Shown: positions 52,136 through 64,000 of the stretch, piece by piece
How the letters are laid out: each line of letters starts with the position of its first letter
How positions within the stretch are numbered: position 1 is the first letter of the stretch
Origin: Octopus bimaculoides
Lineage: Eukaryota
DNA length: 64,000 nt
Assembly: GCF_001194135.2 (NCBI RefSeq)
Contig: NC_068992.1
Coordinates: 31,807,759-31,871,758 of the forward strand
Direction: 5' to 3'
Position numbers and translations under genes: made by a program
Notes under the pieces: generated by a model
The model's database searches: none
Told to the model about the DNA's origin: nothing
What the model saw: only the letters and a program-made list of their open reading frames with translations

Positions 52136-53368
52136 ATGGATACTTTTCTTATTTAATACTTATTTCAGAAACTCAAGATGTATGCATCAGAGAACTATAC
52201 ACTAAATCTCAGAATTAAACTATAAAGTGATTGGATAGGCTTATATAGCACACCATGTACTAAGTTGCAATTCTTCAGGTCAGCATGACTTGTCCCTGAA
52301 AATAATTTGATATAAAATCAAGAAAATAACAAGAAAGCATAACAACAAAGAAGAGGAATTGCATATTAGGAAATGGGAAGTCTGTTGTGCTTCTTTTAGT
52401 AGGACACATCAACCGCTGAATATTTATAGATAAATATTATCAACGTTCTCCTTCTAAGGGAGGAATTATACACCACATTTGACTCAGTTTTTCTCCAACT
52501 CTGCGTTTTCCGATTTTTCGTTTCTTGTTTTTGTTTTTATTTTCTGGTTTTATTTTGCCAATTCTCAGAGATCCACTTTGTTATTTTCAGTCAGATCGTT
52601 CGCAGGACAACATGAGTGTCCGTTCGTTTCCTATATTAACGGAGCAATGTATGATCGTTCATTTATAAATTCAATGTTTATTACTTAGCACTTGTATCTT
52701 GCTAGATGTACTACAATTTCCTAGATAAGATCAACAGCAAAACACCTTACATTTACCTCATCCACACACATAAATATACATAGACATAAATACATATGCA
52801 TATGTACGTATATATACATGTATACATGTGCATATATATATATATATACANNNNNNNNNNNNNNNNNNNNNNNNNNNNNNNNNNNNNNNNNNNNNNNNNN
52901 NNNNNNNNNNNNNNNNNNNNNNNNNNNNNNNNNNNNNNNNNNNNNNNNNNNNNNNNNNNNNNNNNNNNNNNNNNNNNNNNNNNNNNNNNNNNNNNNNNNN
53001 NNNNNNNNNNNNNNNNNNNNNNNNNNNNNNNNNNNNNNNNNNNNNNNNNNNNNNNNNNNNNNNNNNNNNNNNNNNNNNNNNNNNNNNNNNNNNNNNNNNN
53101 NNNNNNNNNNNNNNNNNNNNNNNNNNNNNNNNNNNNNNNNNNNNNNNNNNNNNNNNNNNNNNNNNNNNNNNNNNNNNNNNNNNNNNNNNNNNNNNNNNNN
53201 NNNNNNNNNNNNNNNNNNNNNNNNNNNNNNNNNNNNNNNNNNNNNNNNNNNNNNNNNNNNNNNNNNNNNNNNNNNNNNNNNNNNNNNNNNNNNNNNNNNN
53301 NNNNNNNNNNNNNNNNNNNNNNNNNNNNNNNNNNNNNNNNNNNNNNNNNNNNNNNNNNNNNNNNNNNN

Positions 53369-53411
<43 letters not shown>

Positions 53412-53989
53412 TGCACTCCTGTGTATGGGGAGAATCATTCTCTTTTAGTGCTTTATAATTTAACACTCACCGGTAAAATTTCCTCTCATTTATTTATTTT
53501 TTCTAATATTTTCGTTCAGTCTTGCAAACATTTTCAATAGTTGTTGATTGTCCGTTATTCAAACTGCGTTATTTCTGTTTGTTTATGCGCATATCCCTGG
53601 GTCAGTGTGTGAGCGCATGCACATGTATGAATATATGCATGTATGCCTGAATGCATTTAAGTGTGTGTATGCATGTATGTGTGTGTGTGTGCGTATGTAT
53701 ATATGTATATATGTATGTGTGTACGTTTCTATGTATGCATTCTGCATATTCATGTGTCTGTATGGTTGTGTTCGTGCTTGAGTGTTTTTATATTTGAGTG
53801 TGAGTGAGTGTGTGTGTTTGTATGGCCATGCATTTCCATTTTCACTTGTATATATGTGTGCATGTATGCTTGTGTGTTCATATTACCTATGTACCTATCC
53901 GTCTCTATGTCTATCTCTGTACTTTCATATCCATATACCTACATACAGGTGCATATAGATATGCACTTACACTCATATACATCTATCTA

Positions 53990-55270
53990 TATAGCGGTCC
54001 ACTAACTATTCTACCTGTATATAAACTGTTGGTATGTTTCCTATTTAGTATTGGGGGTGCTTCATTTATGAGGACTTACTCGTGTATTTTTCTGAATGTT
54101 GTGTCCTTTGGGTGCTTGGATAAAATGCAGATGTCAAGGGGATCCATGTTGCCTCCATGTTGGTCCTTGGCATGTTGGTAGAGTATGGAGGACTTTTTTG
54201 TATTTTTTGTTTGTGATATTGTCTCAAATGTGCATTTAGTCTTTCTCAATGCTCCTAGATGTATCCCCCACGTATGTCATGTTCATAACTTTACAACCAG
54301 CTTCTTTGCATCTTATGCTGTAGACTACACTTCTAGTTCTACAGTTAACGCCAGGGCTAACCCTATATCTGATGCAGTTATCATCGGTGTATATGGTATT
54401 CCCAAAGGGGTACGTCCTACGTAGCTGTGATCTGATGGAGTTCCCTGACTCTTCAACAATCTTAACGTAGAGTTTGGTCTCCTTAAAGCTTTCCTAAATC
54501 AACATGCTACTTCTCCATGGGCTGTGGCTTCTACAAACATCATTCTTTGATAGTTGTCGGATTTATACCACGTGTTCACCCCATTTGCTTTGTTACACGC
54601 TCTTTGTATCCTCTCCCAGTCTTTGCTTTTATATTCTAGGGTAGGAACCACTGGTTTCATTACATATAATGCTATCGAAATTCTTTCTAGCACCCCTTTA
54701 GATCGGAACCCTATCTTTCTGATCATATCCAGAGAATTGCATGCAATGTATGAAGTTCTGTACATGTTTCTTTGTTTCATAGGTTTTGCATAGGTGGTAC
54801 ACGTTGTTCATTATCCTAAGTCTGCTATCAATGTGTTAATTTTCATGTTGTGTGACAAATCTGACCGCTTGTGAACAACATATTTCAAAGCTGTGTTTGA
54901 TGTAACAGGAGTGGAGGGGCTGCAATCTGTTGTTCACAATCTCTAACCAAACTTTCAGTATCAAACACAGGGAATGTATTGAGGGGTTGCCTAGTGGGGT
55001 AATCTATAGTTACCTTGATACTTTGATGGATTGACTTAGCTACTTACTGGAAGCCCTCCATTATGTTGCTCTCAGTTTATACATTACCATTATCAGAGTT
55101 GGTCTTAACTATGATATTAATGTCATCTACATACCTACTGTAAAGTAACTGGGGATGCCGCCGGCCTCTGCATGACCTGGTGGGACAGAAAACTTAAGCA
55201 ATCCTTAGCAGATCAGTCCAGAACTATTTTACTTAACAGTAGGTGTGTAGATGATATTGATATCATAGTT
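53990..55270 (-). mobile_element. Penelope-like element (RT C-terminus + GIY-YIG) with inverted 5' segment
   Basis: Minus: YSRYVDDINII..SIKVT.DYP..PVFD, MMFVEATAHGE, TSRSI.RL..HL, ILYQHAK, LINEAPP.LN; plus strand 55150-55270: GDAAGLCMTWWDRK..SRCVDDIDIIV. Confidence 0.88.
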
Positions 55271-57714
55271 AGTTAATACCAATATAATTAAGCCGGCTTC
55301 TAACCTAGATCGAAGGCTCCCTCATTGGAAGTTCAACATCAGTAACAGAGCATTCTTTGTGTGTATATATGCATGTATGCATATATATATATGGGCATAT
55401 TTGAATATTTTGTTTCATGTATGTATTCTCATGCATATAATTGCATATCTAGAAATTCTCATTTATATTTAAATTATAAACTTTCCGAAAGTTTTACAGA
55501 TTTGTACAGTTGCAACGAAAAATTTGATGTGTGGTCTTCGAATTAGCTTTCTCCTTTCTGATTTTGAGAAGCCTAATTTCTCAAGATTGGCATTTAGACA
55601 GTGCGAATGTATGTATATATGTATGTATGTGTATGCATGCATGTATGTATGTATTATGTAATTTTGTGAACTAATGAGTAGTGTGTTCATTAGTGTGTTG
55701 ATTACTTTACGTTTAGAGTTGGGCCTCTTGTGACATCCTCGGCTTGGGTATATTTCCGCTTGATCTTTATCAGGAACTCTGCAGTGTTAGTTAAGATAAT
55801 AATTGATGAAGGAAACAAGATAGATTTAGCACTAGTCTTTATTCAGTACGACTATCTTTGCGACACATTCTGTAACTGCCTGTCATGGGTAGGATTCTAT
55901 GCTTCTAACAGTGTTGCATCAATCTCAGCAGTCTCACATAAATTACATACATAAAAAGATGACGTCCCGCTAGATATCCTGAGATGTCCAAGACATGTTG
56001 CTCGGGGCCGGTGTACTTTTGTTATGACGATCTACAGTTGCCCGTGAGTATAAAGTTAAAATTCTATAATCAGAAAATATAGAGCGTACCACATATCAAA
56101 AAGATTACATGTAATCCTACTCATTAACGGCCGTTGCAGAATGGGTCGAAACGATCAGCGTACTAAATAAAGACTTGTGCTGAATCTATCTTCCTCTTCC
56201 GCTACATTCATTAATTCAAATTATATATAAATATATGTGTTTGTGCGCGTGCGTGTGTGTAAATACATAAATCAATAAATACACACACACACATACATAC
56301 ACACACACGCATACACACACACACACACACANNNNNNNNNNNNNNNNNNNNNNNNNNNNNNNNNNNNNNNNNNNNNNNNNNNNNNNNNNNNNNNNNNNNN
56401 NNNNNNNNNNNNNNNNNNNNNNNNNNNNNNNNNNNNNNNNNNNNNNNNNNNNNNNNNNNNNNNNNNNNNNNNNNNNNNNNNNNNNNNNNNNNNNNNNNNN
56501 NNNNNNNNNNNNNNNNNNNNNNNNNNNNNNNNNNNNNNNNNNNNNNNNNNNNNNNNNNNNNNNNNNNNNNNNNNNNNNNNNNNNNNNNNNNNNNNNNNNN
56601 NNNNNNNNNNNNNNNNNNNNNNNNNNNNNNNNNNNNNNNNNNNNNNNNNNNNNNNNNNNNNNNNNNNNNNNNNNNNNNNNNNNNNNNNNNNNNNNNNNNN
56701 NNNNNNNNNNNNNNNNNNNNNNNNNNNNNTATATATATATATATATATATATGAAATTCAGACAGTAGATTTTTCACAATAGCCTATTCTGGCGAGGTAA
56801 AAAGTTTAGTCTTGTATAATGATTTAATGTTTTTCTTTTTCAAACGATTGTATGTTATGAATGAATCGCGTGCAGTTCTACTTCGCAAATTTTATAATTA
56901 TTATTATGACTAGTTATCCAAATATACTCACTAGTATTTTGTCTATCTTTACCTTCTGAGTTCAATTGTCTCTAACAGCGAAATTGACTTAGTTACTTTG
57001 GACGTCGATAAAATAATAATTACGAATTGAGAGCTATGATCAGTGCAAAGAACTAGGCGTCACCCCAAATCGCCAGTTCTTGTGCTTATAGCGTTGAGAA
57101 TTATTAATATTAAATTAGTGAAAGGCAGTTAGCAAATCCAGACGAAATGCTTAACAACATTTCTTCATTTGCCCATTCTTTTAAGGATGAAAGTGATACT
57201 TCACATGAGTAGAAAATAATTATAAACCTTTGATTGTTAAACAAAGATACTCTGCAGCATTTTCCCATTTATTGGAATTGAATGGAAACTTCTTTTTAAT
57301 TTTCGCTAAATCATTACACCTTCTTCAAGTATTTTCAAGACAAATTCTTATGGAATTCAACGGTGTCAAAATAGAATTGACTCAAAAGTTGAGAATGGAA
57401 TTATATCCGTTCAAGTGACAACCTTTCAACGAACAACGTCGTCTCAGCCGTAGGTTACTAATACTGAGGGAAAATTATAAAGATTTCCCGATACAAAATA
57501 ATGAAGGCTTCCACAAAGGCGGTGAAAATGTAGACATATGTGAACACAGACGAGAAAGTGATAAAATAACACACTTTCTTTCGAAAGGTCTAAACGTTTT
57601 TCAAACACACTAATTTAGGTTTCATGTCGTTTTCCATACGTCAAAGAATTGACGATTGTATAGAGAATGGCATTCAAATAAACTACCTGAGAATGATAAA
57701 TTTTCTAAACTTAC

Positions 57715-57753
57715 GGCATTCATGTGGTTGACGGAATGCATTTCAAGAATCTC
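57715..57753 (-). CDS. Candidate small exon (EILEMHSVNHMNA; phase 0 to 0)
   Basis: Acceptor ggctttctgtag|, consensus donor gcc|gtaagt; phase-compatible with 59216-59385. Confidence 0.35.
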
Positions 57754-59215
57754 CTACAGAAAGCCTTTCTTCAATTTGTTTCGTGGAACTCTTAAGTTGT
57801 ATTTACTACGCCTTTCTCGTCCACTAATGTGTTTAATAATTGGAAACGTCAGCAACACGATTTTAGCTTCACACAGCTCAGGCATGACAGACACTAAAGA
57901 AGAAATTACAATGCATTAAGGACATATTCTCATACAATTCCTGGTTGTGTTTCCTATCGATTACCTTCACATTTACTCACCGTGGTTAAGGTTCTTTGTC
58001 CTAAATTCAGAAGATCTAAATGTAAAAAGTCATTTCAACAAATACATAAACCATGTAGGAAATGCGTCTGCAATAAAAGATTATACCTCATTAATGTAAT
58101 ATTATTCATGATTTGAATTCTTTGATTTCCTTATTTTATAATAGGAATATCTTAGTAAAATGCATTGTGAAACCAGAAAAAAATTCAGCAATACCTGTTC
58201 AGCACAAAAATGTTGAAGTCGATATCATCAATACAGATACATTAAAAGTATTTCTAGAAGACGAAAGGGTTCTGTATAATCATGACCCAAAATAGGTTAA
58301 CCTTTCAGAATTCACTACAGAATCCTTAACATTACTAACTGTTTCAGGTTTTCTATCACGCACATTAACATTGAAGGCTAATGCTATTATTATCACCCTA
58401 CAAATGTGTGATTGTTCATATTTATTTTTTCAAAATATCGAAAAAACAATTCATTCAGACAAAAACTGACGTCTCTCGTTACATAATTTAATTTTAATCT
58501 TCTTTAGTTAATTTGAGTGAATTTTACAAAACAAAAATGTGTTATACTATGCAGAGAAATGTGTCTAATCCTTTATAATGTAATGTGGACTGGTGTAATA
58601 GACTGAGTAGTGTCATTCAAGTGTGATATTTATAATTATCATGTCTTTTATATATATCACGAACTGTTTATTCACGTATTCCTCGTTGATATACATATAT
58701 AAATCAGTCTATATTCAAGTATTCGTGGTTTATATAGATATATGAATGAGACTGGGTACGTGTAATTTTCTTCATCTAACACCGTAGCTTTCATATTTGG
58801 ATAATTGCTCAACTTACAGCTTGCTCGGTTTAAAGTTTAGCACTGTTTTGAAAGAATGTATGTATATAAGAGTAATATTATATGCACGTCTTAAAAATCC
58901 AGTTATAGCGACGTTTGTAAATGTAAAGCTTTGAATGCCAGAGTCACTTAACGTGATATATCGTTACGCAATGTTATATATTTGTGTTTCCCATACCTAC
59001 AAAGCCATCTTGCAAAGTACAGTAGTTTACAATAAAGTGTAATTGACTAAAGTCTGTGTATATGCGTAGGACGACCGTTTATCTTTTGGAAGGTATTTAC
59101 ATTTCGGTGCCTCTTTTTCTGACTAAAATTCAATCGAACTTGCACTCCAGAAAAGGAAAAAGCGCTATCATAACTTATTAATCAGTAAGTATGTTCAAAT
59201 AACAGATATATTCAC

Positions 59216-59385
59216 CTTAATTCTACAAATGGTGTGCTGGCCTTTATTCATATTAAGTATCAAGTACAGAATTACTTTCTCACTTATTGGACTCCACTGT
59301 GGTTGACCAACGGCTGCTAAGCTGTACGGCGTTGAAAATTTTGAAAAAATATTTGACAGTGATATCATTGATATTTCGTCTTGTG
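59216..59385 (-). CDS. Candidate internal exon (QDEISMISLSNIFSKFSTPYSLAAVGQPQWSPISEKVILYLILNMNKGQHTICRIK; alternative donor at 59284 in another frame)
   Basis: Acceptor catctgtttccag|, donors aag|gtgaat or aa|gtgaga. Confidence 0.4.
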
Positions 59386-61059
59386 CTGGAAACAGATGCT
59401 TGCACATCTAAAAGCGCATAAATCAATAAAGATAGCTTTTGAATAGATTTCAAAAATGTCGTGTTATATCTTCGCTTCGTGCATTAAAGGAGAAACAACG
59501 TTTTCATTGTAAAACGATATTTATCATTCCTCAGCAACTATGTTATCTTTTTACAAACTTCATACACTATCAAAATAAGTATTATTCTTCGAAGTAAATA
59601 AACAATATTTGATGCGATTAGAGTGTGTATTGTTATTCAACAGAAGCGGATTTCTATGAAGATACTCTATGATGTGCTACATAAATATTTTTGATCTATG
59701 AAGAATAGATATTTAGTAAAATGCTCGATTAGTTCTCTGCAATAATGTAGCTAGCTAACTAGAAAGCTTGGTTGTATTTAAAATTTTATTTATTTTACTC
59801 TATTATTGCTTCGAAAGATAATGGAATTCCATACCTGAGAAAATAAATAGAATCGGCTGAGAGTTTTTAGTCTTTTTCAAAACATATTTTTCGAAATTTC
59901 TATGATTTTGAAAGACACACTAATAATTAAAGAATTGTCTATTAATCTGGGTACACATTATGTAAATAACAATATGATTGCAACGAATTCGTGAAATATT
60001 GGATGTTGAAAAAAGCGTCATTTCTACTTCTGCATGTCATAACTGAAATGTGGTTATCCTATCTACTCACCGTCGAATGTATCGAAATTAATCCTTAAAC
60101 ACAATACACGTTTATGGATGATATACAAACAGACGTGTATGTTTGTTAAATACCCGTGAATATACGAGCAAACTTCCTAACATTATATACATATAATATG
60201 GATATATAAAATGCGAGAAACATATATTAATCATTCGTTCTTCGCCCTTTGAGTGCTACAGAAAATATACTTTCCCGATTTCTTGCATTATGCGTGTCTT
60301 CCCCACATATTAAGAAATATAAAAGTTAGTAAAACTTAAAATATTCTCAAACACATATATTGTTAGAAATAAGAGCTATTTTAACAGCGATAATGCACTA
60401 AGATCGTTTATACTAATTGTTCTTGATCAAATTAAATGAAAACAAATCTCACAGCAGTTGGAGAAAACCTCCGTGTAACATAAATGAAATTCTCAGTAAT
60501 ACACTGAGAAATATAGATGGTAGAGAGAGTTGAGGGGAAAATGATACATATTAAAAAGTCACCTTCATGCAAGAGTCTATATCATGTTTACTTCGGCAAC
60601 AACAGAAATGCTCACTACCGCTTATGTTATTTGCATTACAACAATAGAATAAATAATTTCATTCCCATCAAATAAATAATTTTACAAGCTTATACGTATA
60701 TATGCCTGTACAGGGTAACACATATTCCGAGAATTAACGTTTTGCAACTCACTCCTATCTCTTATCCAGAGTACGTACTCCAAACCACTGTTAAAATATA
60801 CTGGCTAGGGCCTTAAATCTGAAAGCGGCAGCTAAGTGAATAAGAAAGTTAAGTCCCAATGACGTAACTTCCAAGGACCAAATGCGTGAGAATTGATTTA
60901 TATATTGACATTTCATTTTTTATCTACAATTTCATCCCCGAATAACGTAAGGCTTTGAGATTAAAAGCCCCATAATATTTCATTTAACATTTTCTGTTGA
61001 TCGCTGGATTTGCTTTTCCAATTTTGACAGAGAATCATTTCGTACATTCATTATCATAA

Positions 61060-61550
61060 GATTCTGAATGCATATAATAAGGTGTTAGCCATAAATTCCT
61101 TAGCAGTCCCAGTTGATCTTTATACCTTCAATGTGCTCAACTTGAATACCAATGAAATAATCAAAATTGATAGAAACATCCGCAAACCACTGACTTGTAA
61201 TAAAATGCACCACCCAAAGGCAGACATGGATCGTCTTTACCTTCCCAGAGCTCAGGGAGGTCGAGGCTTGAACTAGCTTGAACTTACGTACAAAACCACC
61301 ACAATCGGACTGGCCAAATACCTTTAAACAACCAACGATTGGATGCTGAAACTTGTTGAACAACATGTAAGACCGAAGAAACTTCACTCTATTCTGAAAG
61401 AGAGCAAACAATTCGCTACTGATCACTTAGAAACCCACCAGTTTGGTCAGGCTGAAGGAAATCGGCCAACTGCTGCTGCAAAGAAAATAAAATTAATTGG
61501 AAAAGCACATGAAAAATTAGCTAGCAGATGGGAACAATTTCTAGACAATC
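61060..61550 (+). mobile_element. Dong/R4-clade LINE internal fragment (post-RT region)
   Basis: KVLAINSLAVPV..MHHPKADMDRLYLPRAQGGRGL..LELTYKTTTIGLAKYL; in-frame stops. Confidence 0.88.
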
Positions 61551-62159
61551 AACTAGAAATAATATTTGCTCCGACGTGTCCTTGGGAAAAACGTTGCAAA
61601 TGTAAGTGCTTGCTTTACATTTTAATTTGAACTTATGTATATTGATGTACAATATTTGAACCACACATTTCAACTATGGGAAACCAGGATTCTATCTAAA
61701 TTCGTGTTATATGATTACATTACCGAACATATCCACTAATATTCCCAATTAGTATGAAATGGTATGATAATAACTAGTACTTTTTTTATTCAGATATGTT
61801 TTCCTCGTTTTTCTAATTTTGTACTTAAATAGTTTTTGTTATCCTTATCAATAAATTAATTAAGAGCGTTTCAGATGAAGGATTAAACCTTCACTAGTTT
61901 GAACAAAATCATGTAAGTAATAGATATATTTAGGGGAGTTTAGTAACGATGGCAGATAAGACTTTTGAGTTTAATATACTTGCTACCATCATCCACTTTC
62001 CATTATGAAAAGGGAGTAAGGGATATCCTTCATAAGCGAAAGAAAACATAACAAATATAGATTGCGTTTTATTTTTCAGGATATTCTTAATGAGGCAAGG
62101 TATAAATAACGAGTAACTCGTTAATGAGGCAAGGTATAAATAACGAATAACAGCATATT

Positions 62160-62174
62160 CAGCAGCAGCATCAT

Positions 62175-62261
<87 letters not shown>

Positions 62262-62272
62262 CAGTAGTAGTA
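62160..62272 (+). repeat. Compound trinucleotide array (CAG)n(CAT)n(CAG)n(TAG)n
   Basis: Direct inspection. Confidence 0.95.
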
Positions 62273-62641
62273 CATAGAAATCTTGCGTATTACAGTTTGG
62301 CGATATTATATAATTTACTGGTACACTATTTTGATGAGAATGCTGCGAAGTTAACAAATGTCAACTGCGTTCTGTGAACTCATTCTGTATAATACAAACA
62401 CGTACATAGCTTTCTCTTAAATAGGTTAGCAATTGCAACATCGTTATTATTGTGCTACTCTTCGATAATACGAACGGTGTTTTCAGTGTTCAGCAAAATA
62501 TTAATTACTTTAATAAAATGATCTACTTATTCTGAAGTTAAAAGTAATATAAATTTGAATAAATTAAATTAATATTTTTTTATCATCAATTCTGTATTTT
62601 CACGTGATTTTCTTCTCCATATCACATTGTAATTTATTTCG

Positions 62642-63150
62642 GGCTGCCACGAAAACTACATAGGGTCCACAGGATTATCGCTCAGACGTAGATGCACTCT
62701 GCATCGACAGCAGATTGCATGCCCAGAATACTGAATGATACATTTTAGTGAGCATATTGAGAAATGCGCGAAACAAATACTACCACAATGTATAATCTTT
62801 CCTTTCTATCAATGTGCCATTAGAACACCAACACAAATTAGATTAAATAAGGAAACCTTTATCATTCAGAAATACAAACCCAAACTTAACCATTGCTAAC
62901 ACATTTAAATAAAGAAATTCATCACCCCACTGAGAAGGAAAAATATATAGAACAAAACCATGGTAAATTAATCAAATTCTACCACCTCCTAGATTTCGAT
63001 TATCTCCCTTATACCGGAAGAAATCCCTAATTACCTCCCCCTATCTAGAACTCTTCTTTTTAGACTGGAGCGAACACATATTACAATGAAGTAGAGAAAT
63101 TTTAAAAGACAACACGAAACAGGTTATTTCTCCAAATACAATGTTTATAT
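62642..63150 (+). mobile_element. Penelope-like GIY-YIG C-terminus and downstream pLTR-like segment
   Basis: 62642-62899 reads GCHENYIGSTGLSLRRRCTLHRQQI..*..IFPFYQC..RLNKETFIIQKYKPKLN. Confidence 0.88.
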
Positions 63151-63378
63151 ACCNNNNNNNNNNNNNNNNNNNNNNNNNNNNNNNNNNNNNNNNNNNNNNN
63201 NNNNNNNNNNNNNNNNNNNNNNNNNNNNNNNNNNNNNNNNNNNNNNNNNNNNNNNNNNNNNNNNNNNNNNNNNNNNNNNNNNNNNNNNNNNNNNNNNNNN
63301 NNNNNNNNNNNNNNNNNNNNNNNNNNNNNNNNNNNNNNNNNNNNNNNNNNNNNNNNNNNNNNNNNNNNNNNNNNNNNN

Positions 63379-63399
<21 letters not shown>

Positions 63400-63411
<12 letters not shown>

Positions 63412-63695
63412 TATATACATATATATACATATACATATATGTGTGTGCGAATGTATGTGTGTATGTGTGTGAATGCCTTTATGCCTGTGTTTGTCCCTCG
63501 TTACCGTTTGACAATCGGCGTTGGTGTGTTTACGTCCCCGTAACTTACCGGTTCGGCAAAAGTAATCAATAGATTAAGTATTAAGATCTAAAAAAATTGC
63601 CTTGGCATCGACTTGTTCGACTAAAACCGTCGAAGCTGAGCTACACCATGCCACAGTCAAACGATTGAAACAAGTAAAAGAATAAAAGAATTAAA
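63400..63695 (+). mobile_element. SINE family A, 3' half with internal array
   Basis: gtgtttacgtccccgtaactta.cggttcggcaaaag..gtcaaacgattgaaacaagtaaaagaataaaag. Confidence 0.85.
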
Positions 63696-63719
63696 GTATG
63701 ACTCAGTGAAGACTTAAAA

Positions 63720-64000
63720 ATTACGATGACGCGTTAACATTAAGAAAAAGAAGCAAATCCATCCTGCTAAGATGTGAGGAGAAAACCATAAATGATTTCA
63801 ATGAATACGATTTTAATTAACCATAACAACGCTCAAAGAAAACTACAAACTTAAAAGGATTGCCTCAGAAAATACAAAAATGAGAAACAGATAAATAACA
63901 ATTAAGAAGGCTGATAAAGTAAATGCAGTAGTCTTGAAGGACACAGAATAATAGTGTGGTATTCATATTAGAAGACAATCCATGCTATAGAAAGACGCCA
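63720..64000 (+). mobile_element. Penelope-like RT N-terminal fragment running off the window
   Basis: IKKADKVNAVVLKD (IK.ADKG.AVV motif); an INDF word also precedes the equivalent motif in the 40300-43240 element. Confidence 0.7.

Noticed and set aside
55990-56206. Solo LTR (TG...CA, TATAAA, AATAAA)
   Set aside because: No matching 4-6-bp TSD for any tested TG start; no PBS, PPT or internal domain
61865-61905. Minus-strand ctagtgaagg..gaaacgctc, hammerhead-like
   Set aside because: Core transposed (ctagtga), stem III incomplete, stem I does not pair

Overview
AT-rich, microsatellite-dense eukaryotic DNA with 11 N-gaps, most flanked by (TA)n, (CA)n or (GA)n. The repeat families (two tRNA-derived SINE types, RTE, Dong/R4, CR1, Penelope-like, mariner/Tc1) look like those of a coleoid cephalopod, probably an octopus; this is pattern recognition, not a database match. 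No intact long gene, rRNA, functional tRNA or CRISPR array is visible. Most of the window looks like intronic or intergenic DNA full of decayed transposons: two near-full-length RTE LINE relics, at least five Penelope-like (PLE) segments, two Dong/R4 fragments, a CR1-like RT relic, an L1/Tx1-like ORF1 relic, two Tc1/mariner relics and about a dozen SINE copies. Several short ORFs bounded by splice sites, mostly on the minus strand and partly phase-compatible, suggest an unidentified large-intron host gene, but pseudo-exons cannot be excluded. Best lead: a tRNA-headed SINE-like element (31820-32200, minus) carrying an apparently complete minimal type I hammerhead ribozyme with a palindromic stem III, in a PLE-rich region. 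Other leads: an HDV-like ribozyme candidate at the 5' end of an RTE, several long inverted repeats, an inverted PLE 5' end and possible recursive splice sites.
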